Part shown: positions 9,154 through 20,452 of the stretch, piece by piece
Layout of the letters: each line of letters starts with the position of its first letter
How positions within the stretch are numbered: position 1 is the stretch's first letter
Source of the DNA: Chloroflexota bacterium
GTDB lineage: Bacteria > Chloroflexota > Anaerolineae > UBA1429
Assembly (NCBI GenBank): GCA_036774405.1
Contig: DAIPBO010000015.1
Span: forward strand, 4,497 to 68,496
Direction of reading: 5' to 3'
DNA: 64,000 nucleotides
Position numbers and translations under genes: made by a program
Notes under the pieces: generated by a model
The model's input: the letters and a program-made list of their open reading frames with translations, nothing else
The model's database searches: none
Told to the model about the DNA's origin: nothing

Positions 9154-9979
9154 CCTTACCACACCGATCACCGAGGCGCCGCTGGCGGTCCTCGATGTCG
9201 AAACCACGGGCCTGCACCCCGAGAACGGCGACCGGGTGGTCGAGGTGGCCGTGGCGCGCTCGGTGGGCGGTGAGGTCCTTGAGACATTCGTCAGCCTGGT
9301 CAACCCTGAGCGGCCTATTGGTCCGAGTGCGATGCGCGTGCATGGCATTACTGATGCCATGGTGGCGGTGGCGCCCCGCTTCGCTGACGTGGCTGACGAG
9401 GTGCTACGCCTGCTCTCGGGCGCCATCATGGTGGGGCACAACGCCCCGTTCGACCTCGGTTTTGTGTCAGCAGAGCTGTTCATAGCCGGTCGGGCCATGC
9501 CACGGCTGGTGGCGCTCGATACGCTGCGGCTGGCGCGCCACCTGTACACGCTGGGCAGCTATGCTCTTGGCGCTGTGTCGGCCGCCATGCAGGTGTATGT
9601 CGATACGCCGGCGCACCGCGCCCTGGCCGATGTGCTCTTGACCCACGGGGTGTTGCAGGTCATCATTCAAGACCTGTGGCCCGAGGGCATCTGCACCGTG
9701 CAAGACTATGTGCAGGTGCAGGGTGGCGGCCTGGAGTTTGGCGCCGTGGCTCCAGAGCGCGTGCCGGGGCCCATCCGGCAGGCGCTGGCCGAGGGCAAGA
9801 TGCTTTGGATCGCGTATGCCAGTGAGGGCGGCCAGCAGACGAGGCGCATCGTCAGACCATTGCAGGTGATCGAGCGCCCCACGGGCCTCTATCTCGATGC
9901 CTACTGCCAGCTGCGCCAGGCGCGGCGCACCTTTCGCCTCGACCGTATCATCGAGATGGACGTCATCGCGCGTTTTTAG
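9146..9979 (+). CDS. DEDDh (DnaQ-like) 3'-5' exonuclease fused to C-terminal WYL domain
   Basis: ExoI LDVETTG, ExoII GHNAPFD, ExoIII HRALAD; WYL part IAYASEGGQQTRRIVRP...YLDAYCQLRQARRTFRLDRI. Confidence 0.9.
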   Translation: MVSLTTPITEAPLAVLDVETTGLHPENGDRVVEVAVARSVGGEVLETFVSLVNPERPIGPSAMRVHGITDAMVAVAPRFADVADEVLRLLSGAIMVGHNAPFDLGFVSAELFIAGRAMPRLVALDTLRLARHLYTLGSYALGAVSAAMQVYVDTPAHRALADVLLTHGVLQVIIQDLWPEGICTVQDYVQVQGGGLEFGAVAPERVPGPIRQALAEGKMLWIAYASEGGQQTRRIVRPLQVIERPTGLYLDAYCQLRQARRTFRLDRIIEMDVIARF

Positions 9980-9994
9980 CAGAGAGGCGGGTTC

Positions 9995-10819
9995 ATGCCC
10001 GAGACGCCCGACTTGGTCGTAATCGCACGCTATCTGCAAGAGTGGGTGGTGGGCCTGCGGATCCAGGCGGTGCGTGAGTTCCGCCCGCTGGCGCTACGCG
10101 TGCTCACGCCAGATCAAGATGCCTCGCTCTTTTGTGTGGGGAGACAGATCGTCGCCGTCACTACGCGTGCCAAGTTCCTGCTGCTGACGCTCGACGACGC
10201 CCGCTACATCGCCATCAACTTTATGCTCGCTGGCGCGCTGCGGCATGGCACCCCAGAGCAGCCCATCCGTAAGCGCGACTATGTCGCCTTTGTGCTCGAT
10301 GACGGCAGCGAGCTGCGCTATCATGATCCGCGTGGCATGGGCAAGGTCTATCTCTGCACCGATCTGGATGCGGTGCCCGGCCTCAGCGGAGTAGGGCCAG
10401 ATGCGCTCGCACCCGAGCTCACGCTCGACGTTTTTCGGGCTCGCCTGCGCTCACACCGCGGCGAGCTCAAAGGCGTGCTGACCCGCGGGGCGCTGGTAGG
10501 CGGCATCGGCAACGCCTATACCGACGAGATCCTCTTTCGCGCCGGCATCTATCCCTTTCGGCGCGTCCATACGCTCACAGCAGACGAGGTCGAGGCGCTC
10601 TATGAAGCCATGCGTGCTGTGCTGCATGAGGCCATTGCTGTGTTGGGCGAGCGCATGGGCGACGAGATCGACGTCAGGGTGCGCGATTTTCTGGCGGTGC
10701 ACAACAAGCCCGGGCAGCCCTGTCCGCGCTGTGGCTGCCCCATCTCTGAGGTCAAAAGCGGGCAACGTGCCACCAACTTTTGTCGGCACTGCCAGCCAGG
10801 TAGCCTGATCCGTCAGTGA
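9995..10819 (+). CDS. Fpg/Nei family DNA glycosylase/AP lyase
   Basis: N-terminal MPE, RAKFL lysine, H2TH GGIGNAYTDEILFRAGIYP, zinc finger CPRC...CRHCQ. Confidence 0.9.
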   Translation: MPETPDLVVIARYLQEWVVGLRIQAVREFRPLALRVLTPDQDASLFCVGRQIVAVTTRAKFLLLTLDDARYIAINFMLAGALRHGTPEQPIRKRDYVAFVLDDGSELRYHDPRGMGKVYLCTDLDAVPGLSGVGPDALAPELTLDVFRARLRSHRGELKGVLTRGALVGGIGNAYTDEILFRAGIYPFRRVHTLTADEVEALYEAMRAVLHEAIAVLGERMGDEIDVRVRDFLAVHNKPGQPCPRCGCPISEVKSGQRATNFCRHCQPGSLIRQ

Positions 10820-10821
10820 GC

Positions 10822-10850
10822 TTGGCGAGGCCACGCTGGGCGGGTATAAT
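10822..10850 (+). promoter_or_regulatory. Sigma70-type promoter upstream of eIF2B-like/gyrA-like genes
   Basis: TTGGCG, 17 bp spacer, TATAAT. Confidence 0.65.
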
Positions 10851-10882
10851 CTGTGTGGCCTCGCTCAACAACAGGGGATGGC

Positions 10883-11806
10883 ATGGCCCGATTGAACTGG
10901 CAGGCAAGAATCGCACAGCTCCGCCGCGATCAGCACATCAACATCTCTGAACTCACCTGGCGTGTGGCCGATCTACTGATCGAGGCGATCTCGGCGCATA
11001 GCGCTGGCAGCGTCAGCGGCACGCGGCGCTGGCTGCTCGATATCGGCCGTCAGGTGATCGCCGCCAAGCCAGCGGCAGCGCCCGTGTTTCGCCTGGTGAA
11101 CGGCATGCTCTGGTCGGCCGATGGCGCCGATAGCGCTGGCGACGTCCGTCGCGCAGCCATCGAGCATCTTGTGGCCTACGAGGCCAGCGTCGAGCAATCA
11201 ACAGCACGGCTGGTGTTACAGGTCAGCGAAGCATTGGCTCCATACCGACGCCTGATGGTGTATGCGGGGGGAGACATTGCTCGCCGGGCCCTGATGATGA
11301 TAGCGACCATGCGGCCCGACAGCCCGCCACAGCTCTACTGCAGCGAAGAGCGCCCTGGCTTTACAGGGTTGGCGCTGGCAAGCGAACTCGCGGCCGCTGG
11401 CCTGCCGGTGACCATCGGCATCGATCTGGCTTTGTTTGGCTGGCTGCCGCGCATGCCCGTGCTGGTGGTGGGGTGCGAGGCGCTCTCGCGCATGGGCCTG
11501 GTGGGGCGGCTGGGCACCGCTCCCCTGGTGGCCCTGGCGCGCGAACTCGAGCTGCCTGTGCTAGCCATATGCCCCGGTAACCGCATGCTGCCTGAGGAGT
11601 ATGCTGTGGATATCGCCGCTGCTCAGGGCGACCCGGCCCAGATCATGTCTACCGCTGACGACAATTTGACGGTGAGCAACGCACAACTCGACATAACGCC
11701 GCTCGAGAGCATGACGGCCGTCATCTCAGAAGGCGGGGCCCTGGCTGGCCCAGAGCTGCGCCAGGCCCTGGCTGAGATACACATCTACCCCGGCCTGCGC
11801 GGCTAA
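10883..11806 (+). CDS. eIF-2B alpha/beta/delta (IF-2B/NagB-like) family protein, divergent
   Basis: [35 protein letters not shown]...[27 protein letters not shown]. Confidence 0.7.
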   Translation: MARLNWQARIAQLRRDQHINISELTWRVADLLIEAISAHSAGSVSGTRRWLLDIGRQVIAAKPAAAPVFRLVNGMLWSADGADSAGDVRRAAIEHLVAYEASVEQSTARLVLQVSEALAPYRRLMVYAGGDIARRALMMIATMRPDSPPQLYCSEERPGFTGLALASELAAAGLPVTIGIDLALFGWLPRMPVLVVGCEALSRMGLVGRLGTAPLVALARELELPVLAICPGNRMLPEEYAVDIAAAQGDPAQIMSTADDNLTVSNAQLDITPLESMTAVISEGGALAGPELRQALAEIHIYPGLRG

Positions 11807-11852
11807 CGCGCAGACGCGCGATGGACGGTTGATCCCCGGAATACGAGGTTCG

Positions 11853-14774
<2,922 letters not shown>

Positions 14775-14786
14775 GAGGAGCGGCCT

Positions 14787-15239
14787 GTGGCCAAATGGAA
14801 ACGTGTAGCGCTCATCATCCGCGTTGTGGCCGGCCTGGTGCTGGCTGGCGTGCTCGGCTTTGTCATCTATCAGCTCTATGACTTTTACAGCGGACGGCTC
14901 GGCAACTCGCCCGTGCGGGTGACACAGGACTATTTCGAGGCGCTGGGCCGTGGCGATTTCGAGCGGGTCTATGAGCTGACCGATCCTGCCTCGCTGTATA
15001 CGCTGTACGGTCGGCGTGTTACCAAAGAGGAGGTGTTCAGCGCGCTCAGTCGGGTGACCGGCAGCCCCCCTCGGCAGTTCAACAGCATCACCGTCACACG
15101 CGTGGCACGCCACCGCGACCGTTACTATATGCAGGTGGCGCTGTCAGCGGCCAGCGGGGGGAGTACGCGCTACACGGTTCAGGTGGTGCGGGTGGGCACG
15201 CTCTGGCGTGTCTCCTTTCCCTTTGGGCTGGCGCCCTGA
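14787..15239 (+). CDS. Hypothetical single-pass membrane protein, possible NTF2-like (DUF4878-like) extracellular domain
   Basis: RBS AGGAG; N-terminal TM helix; P..V...YFEAL..GDFERVYEL; terminal W.V. Confidence 0.65.
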   Translation: MAKWKRVALIIRVVAGLVLAGVLGFVIYQLYDFYSGRLGNSPVRVTQDYFEALGRGDFERVYELTDPASLYTLYGRRVTKEEVFSALSRVTGSPPRQFNSITVTRVARHRDRYYMQVALSAASGGSTRYTVQVVRVGTLWRVSFPFGLAP

Positions 15240-15265
15240 ACGCCGGCATGGACGGAGGGCCTGAC

Positions 15266-16639
15266 GTGAACCTCAAATCGCTCCTGGCCCGCGGACGTGG
15301 CCCTACACTCGAGTTTGTGCTAGAGCCCGACGCTCGCACCCTGGCCGAACACATTGTGGCGTTCGCCAACGGCGCGGGAGGCACCATCGTGGTCGGTGTC
15401 ACCGAGCGAGGGCGGGTAGACCCCAATGCCGCCGAGCTGTTCGAGCCAGTGTTGGGCGGTGCGTTGGCGCTCTGCCGTCCACCCTTTCGGGCCATCGATT
15501 TGCCCGAGTGGCGCGTCGAAGAGTCTCCTGAAGGGCAGGTGGCCACCATCACAGTGCGCCCCACTGGCTATCGCATGACCGTCGAGGGGCGTGTGCTGGT
15601 GCGCTCGGGCAAGCTGAATGTCGAGGTGAGCCCCGAGCGCGAGTTGCGCGGCCGTCTTGAGCCCGAGCTGCAGAGCGCTGAGGAGCGCGCTGTGCCGGGC
15701 GCTACTCTGGCCGACCTCGACGAGGCTATTCTGGACGAGTATCAGCGCAATCGCATTCGCCGCGGACCGCGGGGAGAGGTGGTTACCCGAGGCGAGTTGC
15801 TCCGCGAGGCGGGCGCTGTCGATGCCGAGGGCAACATCACCACGGCGGGCCTGCTCCTCTTTGGCAAGAACCCTGACTACTTTATGCCGCAGGCTGGCGT
15901 GGTGCTGGTGCGCTTCAAGGGAAGCGACGTGGGCGCGGGCGTGGCGGCCGGCGAACGCTATGCACGGCGTGTTGAGGTGACGGGGCCTGTGGCGCGGCAG
16001 GTGGAGCGTACCTGGCAGGTGCTCTCTGAGGAGCTGCGCCAGGCTGCCGTGACCAACGGCCTGGCGCGCGAAGAGCGCTATGCCTACCCCGTTGAGGCCG
16101 TGCGTGAGGTCGTGGTCAATGCCATCTGCCACCGGGACTATGCCATCAGCGGCCAACGCATCGAGATCCGCCTCTTTGATGACCACATGGAGGTGATCTC
16201 GCCAGGCGGCCTGCCAGGCCACATCACCCTCGATAACATCGTCGAAGAGCACTATTCGCGCAATCCGCGGATTGTGCGCGGGCTGTACTACTGGGGCTAT
16301 ATCGAAGAGCTGGGCCTGGGCATGGATATCGTCTATGACGCCATGCGCCGCGACCATCATCCCGAGCCAGAGTTGCGGGCCACGCCGCGCTCTTTTACGG
16401 TGACCCTGCGCTGCACCGTCGACCAGTTCGAGCGGGAATATGGCCAGGATCTCAGCCCGCGGCAATTGCGCGCCCTGCGCTATCTGTCTACCCACGACAT
16501 GATCACGAACAGCGACTATCGCGAGCTGTGCCCCGAGGTCTCGGCCGAGACGGTGCGTCTTGACCTGCGCGATCTGGTGTCGCGCGGGATTCTGCTGCGG
16601 GTGGGTGACAAGCGGGGCACCTACTATGTGCTCAAGTAG
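15266..16639 (+). CDS. AlbA_2 (Schlafen-like) + 'RecG C-terminal' HATPase_c_4 + wHTH protein
   Basis: IVAFANGAGGTIVVGV, AGLLLFGK, YPVEAVREVVVNAICHRDY, MEVISPGGLP, RNP.I, EELGLGM, ITNSDYREL...DLRDLV; GTG start after GGAGG. Confidence 0.85.
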   Translation: MNLKSLLARGRGPTLEFVLEPDARTLAEHIVAFANGAGGTIVVGVTERGRVDPNAAELFEPVLGGALALCRPPFRAIDLPEWRVEESPEGQVATITVRPTGYRMTVEGRVLVRSGKLNVEVSPERELRGRLEPELQSAEERAVPGATLADLDEAILDEYQRNRIRRGPRGEVVTRGELLREAGAVDAEGNITTAGLLLFGKNPDYFMPQAGVVLVRFKGSDVGAGVAAGERYARRVEVTGPVARQVERTWQVLSEELRQAAVTNGLAREERYAYPVEAVREVVVNAICHRDYAISGQRIEIRLFDDHMEVISPGGLPGHITLDNIVEEHYSRNPRIVRGLYYWGYIEELGLGMDIVYDAMRRDHHPEPELRATPRSFTVTLRCTVDQFEREYGQDLSPRQLRALRYLSTHDMITNSDYRELCPEVSAETVRLDLRDLVSRGILLRVGDKRGTYYVLK

Positions 16640-18317
16640 GGCGCGGTTCTGGGCCGCTTTGCTGGCGCTATGGCTGGTGGCTGCTTGCACCGGCGAGCAA
16701 GAGCCGCTCAGCCAAGCCCTGCCCACGCCAACGCCTCGGCCCACGCCGCAGGCCACCCTCTCTGATGCGCTCGCAGGTGCGCGTTTTGCCATCTATCTTG
16801 ATAAAGAGCTGCTCGCCATTGAAGATCTGGCTGTGCAAGATACCGAGGCTGGCCTCGTGATCCGCAGTGAGGTCACCACCCCATATGATGTGCAGCGGCG
16901 CAGCCTGCTGCTCTCGGGTGCAGAGACGCCATTGCGCTATGAGCTCGAAGAGCGGGTCGGTGGTGCTCGCAGTCTCTGGGTGGCTGAGCGAGACGATGGC
17001 GGCTTGACGCTGCTGGCCGATGACCTCAATTGGCCGCTGCCCGTGGTGCAGAAGGACGTCGCACCGGCAGCCACCACGTTTATCGAGGGCCGGCCCTCGG
17101 CGTTGCCCTATGCGCTGCTGGCCTGGCAGCAAACGGCGCCAGCCGAAACTGCGGGGCAGGCGCTGTATCTGCTCGACCTCACCACGCCCCTGGCGGTAGT
17201 GGTCCCTCTGACTGTGGGGTCGGGCGGCGCCACCACAGGCGAGCTGATCGGAGCCGAAGGCTATCACGGCAGCGCGCCCGCGGCGCTGAACCCCGAGTTC
17301 GACTTTTGGGTGCGCGAGCGCACGCGGCTGCTATTGCGTGTGCGTGTGGCCAACTACCAGCCTGGGCACTCGGCGTCACTGGCCTGGCCAGCGCTGGCCG
17401 GAGGGCATACGTTGACCATTGAACGCGTGTCTCAGCTGCCCGCGCTGTCGGCGCCCGATCCCGAAAGCCAGGTCAGTGGTGGTGTTAGAGCCGAGCAGGT
17501 GCAGTTCATTGACGCCTTGGGCAATGAGCGCACCGCCTGGCTGCAGCTACCTGACGGTCCTGGGCCGCATCCCGCAGCGCTGCTCGTGGGGCCCGAAGGA
17601 TTGCGCGTCCCCTGGCGTGGCGGCGCGGCGCTCGTTGCTCAAGGTTGGGCGGCGTTGAGCTATGCGCCTCGGGGTCTCGCTGGGCCTGAGGTGCGCTATG
17701 CGCGTGGTGAATACCAGGGCTGGGGCGCCGATGCCGTTGCTGCTGCCCAGGCGCTGGGCCGGCGCAGCGACATCTCTGGCGTGGTGGCTGTTGGCTGGCG
17801 CGAGGGTGCCCTGGTGGTGGCGCAGGCACTGGCGCTAGACGAGGCTGCCCTGGCTGGCGCCGTGCTGCTCGACCCGCCCGTGGGTCCGATCTTTCCCGCT
17901 GCACTTGAGTGGCGCATCGAGCACGAGCTGGCGCCTGCTCTGGCATGGAACCCCGACCAGGTGCTAGCCTACCGTGCGCTCACCCTTGACCGCGGCCGAG
18001 ATTGGCTGTTCGACGATGCCGATGAGATCACCTCCGTCGGCCGTCGCATCGATGTGAGCTATCTGCGCACCTATAATGACACCACACTCGCGGACCTGCT
18101 AGGGGCGGCCGAGTCGCCCGTGCTGCTTCTTGCCGATCCGTCGGGCCGGTGGACGTCGCCCGATGCCGCCACCGTGCTCGCCGAGCAACTTGGTGCGCTG
18201 GGTCGAGGGCAGGTGCAGGCCCCTGCAGTTACGGGGGCGCTGTTCGCTCCGCAGAGCGAGGAGCTGAGCGACCAAGCGGCGACGCTGATCGTCTCATGGC
18301 TACAACGGTTGCCCTAA
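16626..18317 (+). CDS. Putative lipoprotein with alpha/beta-hydrolase-fold domain lacking the nucleophile
   Basis: Lipobox LVAA-C, Pro/Thr linker, beta-rich N-domain, PGPHPAALLV, GWAALSYAPRG, GWREG in place of GxSxG. Confidence 0.7.
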   Translation: MCSSRARFWAALLALWLVAACTGEQEPLSQALPTPTPRPTPQATLSDALAGARFAIYLDKELLAIEDLAVQDTEAGLVIRSEVTTPYDVQRRSLLLSGAETPLRYELEERVGGARSLWVAERDDGGLTLLADDLNWPLPVVQKDVAPAATTFIEGRPSALPYALLAWQQTAPAETAGQALYLLDLTTPLAVVVPLTVGSGGATTGELIGAEGYHGSAPAALNPEFDFWVRERTRLLLRVRVANYQPGHSASLAWPALAGGHTLTIERVSQLPALSAPDPESQVSGGVRAEQVQFIDALGNERTAWLQLPDGPGPHPAALLVGPEGLRVPWRGGAALVAQGWAALSYAPRGLAGPEVRYARGEYQGWGADAVAAAQALGRRSDISGVVAVGWREGALVVAQALALDEAALAGAVLLDPPVGPIFPAALEWRIEHELAPALAWNPDQVLAYRALTLDRGRDWLFDDADEITSVGRRIDVSYLRTYNDTTLADLLGAAESPVLLLADPSGRWTSPDAATVLAEQLGALGRGQVQAPAVTGALFAPQSEELSDQAATLIVSWLQRLP

Positions 18318-18790
18318 ACCGCTGGCTGTGCCTGCTCTACAGAGCACCGTAGCAGCGGCCATTGGTCATCCAGCGCCGCGAACACCGCCTCTACCGTGAG
18401 CTGCGAGGGGGCTGCAAAGAGATGAGTGTGGCAGGCGCAATCAGAGGCTCCAATGGGGCGAGTGCTGCGCGCGATGCCGGGCCAGGCCGCCACCATGTGT
18501 GCCCAGGCGCACTCGAGCCGCGATGGGCTAGGGTGGCACCAGGCCTCGACGAGGGTGGCAGCCTGCAGCACATGGTCGATGTGCCAGTGTAGCGCCTTGT
18601 CTCGGCGGGCGTGGCGCTCTAGCCGCGGGGCCAGCCCGCCCAGAGCACTGCCCACGTAGAGCAGCCAGCCAGCGGGCAGCGTGCACAGTCCCAGCGCGCC
18701 CACCCGGGCAGTCAGGGTGGTGTGCGCCTGCATGACGAGCACGTAGGTGCCGCCGGCGCGCGGGGGCTGGGGCGTATACGACGTCAGCAT
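18314..18790 (-). CDS. GIY-YIG (DUF123/Uri superfamily) nuclease
   Basis: GTYVL, LYVGSALGG...RLERH, LHWHIDHVL, EC..A, GASDCACHTHLF. Confidence 0.8.
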   Translation of the reverse strand: MLTSYTPQPPRAGGTYVLVMQAHTTLTARVGALGLCTLPAGWLLYVGSALGGLAPRLERHARRDKALHWHIDHVLQAATLVEAWCHPSPSRLECAWAHMVAAWPGIARSTRPIGASDCACHTHLFAAPSQLTVEAVFAALDDQWPLLRCSVEQAQPAV

Positions 18791-18898
18791 GCCGCTCGAT
18801 CGCAGAGCGTCGGGCAGCGATACGCGGCTTGGAGCCCTGGGTGCACTATGGTATACTCCTGCCTGCTCAACAGTAGGATAGCCTTCAGAGGTGAGTGC

Positions 18899-18991
18899 AT
18901 GGGAAGCGTCATCAAGAAACGCCGCAAAAAGATCGCCCGCCACAAGTACCGCAAGATGCGCAAGCTCATGAAGTTTCAGCGGCGCAAGTAG
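18899..18991 (+). CDS. 30S ribosomal protein bS22 (AURKAIP1/COX24 family), 30 aa
   Basis: MGSVIKKRRKKIARHKYRKMRKLMKFQRRK; RBS GAGGTG; upstream extended -10 TG-G-TATACT (about 18849-18857). Confidence 0.88.
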   Translation: MGSVIKKRRKKIARHKYRKMRKLMKFQRRK

Positions 18992-19044
18992 CCGTTGCTT
19001 TGCGCTGGCCGCGCAAAGCGGCTGGCGTTCGACTCAGAGCCAGC

Positions 19045-19071
19045 GAGGACGCCCATTGGGGCGTCCTCTTT
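19045..19071 (+). terminator. Terminator-like hairpin after bS22 gene
   Basis: GAGGACGCCC-ATTG-GGGCGTCCTC followed by TTT. Confidence 0.6.
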
Positions 19072-19081
19072 CCGTTGTCTG

Positions 19082-20341
19082 TTAACGGTGCGCAGTCACC
19101 GCCTCAAATAGCGCCACCAGATTCTCGGTGGGCACACCGCCCTGGATGTTGTGCACGCTGTTAAAGACAAAGCCGCCGCCTTGCCCGAGCACAGCGATAT
19201 TGTGCGCCACATGCTCGCGTACCTCGTCTGGCGCGCCAAAGGGCAGCACGTGCTGCGTATCTACACCGCCACCCCAAAAGGTGAGCTTGCTTCCCCAGCG
19301 CTCCTTCAGCACCTCGGGAGCCATGCCGTCTGCTGAGATCTGCACGGGGTTGACGATGTCGACGCCTGCGTCGACAAAATCGTCATAGAGCTGGATCATC
19401 GAGCCACACGAGTGGTAAAAGGTCTTCCAAGTGGTGTGGGCATGAATCCAGTCATTGATGCGCTGGTGATATGGCTTGTAGAGCCGCCGATAGGCGCGCG
19501 GCGAGATAAAGGCACTGCGCTGCGAGCCAAAGTCTGTGCCGCTCACAAAGATGGCGCAGATGCGCTCGCCCACCGCCTGGTGGTACATCTCGAGGTTCTG
19601 GATGGCGATATCACACTGGCGCTCAAAGATGCCCTGGATATAGTCGGGGTAGAGCGCGGTGGCCATGTACCAGTCGGCCACGGCGCGGATGCCTTTGGGG
19701 TGCTTGACCTGAAGTCCCGGCACCAGGGCGATGTCGCCGAACGATCCCTGGCCAAAGTTCCCGATGATGGCGCGGCTGGTGCCCTCGTACAGCTCTTGCG
19801 AGCACGCCTCGAGATGGCGCAGCTCCTCATCGGACAATAGATGATACATGTCGCGGGTCCACGCCTCGGGGTCAAGCGTAGCCGGATCGTACGGCTCCTG
19901 GCGTTCGACGGCGTCAAAGTAGAACCCACCCTTGGGCATGCGGCCCGAAGGCGGCACAGTACGGTCTCCCTGGGGATACTGATAGATGTCTCCGGCCTCG
20001 TCTGGCTCGGTATTGAACAGCCCTGGTACCATGACGGGCGTGCCATCAAAGAGGGTGAAAGGTTGCCAGTCTCTGGCAGGGTAGCCAAAGAGTGTGCCGC
20101 CGTCCCACAGACCGACTACATCGATGCCCAGCGCGTCGAGCACCTCATCATCAACCCAACCCAGCATCTGGTAGGGTTCATGCACCGTGACCGTCCGTGG
20201 CGCAAGACCCAGCGCGTGGCGCAGGCGGTGCAGCGCCGAGGCGGCAATGCCCGTCACCGAGGTCGAACCCATGTCGAGCGGCGTCTGATCGGGCTGTTGA
20301 TGGTTCAAAGCCATGGTCACACGTTCGCGGCTACTGCTCAT
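19082..20341 (-). CDS. Uroporphyrinogen decarboxylase-fold (MtaA/CmuA-like) protein
   Basis: SRERV..ALNHQQPD, GTDFGSQ, YHSCGS, GVDIVNPVQ, FWGGGVDTQ, GGGFVFNSVHNIQ. Confidence 0.88.
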   Translation of the reverse strand: MSSSRERVTMALNHQQPDQTPLDMGSTSVTGIAASALHRLRHALGLAPRTVTVHEPYQMLGWVDDEVLDALGIDVVGLWDGGTLFGYPARDWQPFTLFDGTPVMVPGLFNTEPDEAGDIYQYPQGDRTVPPSGRMPKGGFYFDAVERQEPYDPATLDPEAWTRDMYHLLSDEELRHLEACSQELYEGTSRAIIGNFGQGSFGDIALVPGLQVKHPKGIRAVADWYMATALYPDYIQGIFERQCDIAIQNLEMYHQAVGERICAIFVSGTDFGSQRSAFISPRAYRRLYKPYHQRINDWIHAHTTWKTFYHSCGSMIQLYDDFVDAGVDIVNPVQISADGMAPEVLKERWGSKLTFWGGGVDTQHVLPFGAPDEVREHVAHNIAVLGQGGGFVFNSVHNIQGGVPTENLVALFEAVTAHR

Positions 20342-20452
20342 CTCCCGCTCCTCTCTCTTCTGTTATGCGGATTCTACCAACCAGCGCACGGCGCGACAAG
20401 CGCTGCGCCGTCTGGCGTGTATAATGCGGGTACCGCCAGACAGGAGGCAGGC

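Noticed and set aside
15320-16792. 490-aa minus-strand ORF
   Set aside because: Antisense to the AlbA_2 gene; expected in high-GC DNA and has no motifs
19020-19044. GTTCGACTC T-loop-like motif suggesting a tRNA (e.g. tRNA-Sec)
   Set aside because: No 5-bp T-stem, acceptor stem, D-arm or CCA; not a tRNA
19841-20452. N-terminal 204 aa of the 762-aa ORF
   Set aside because: Overlaps the UROD-fold gene antisense; the real start is ATG 20453 after AGGAGG
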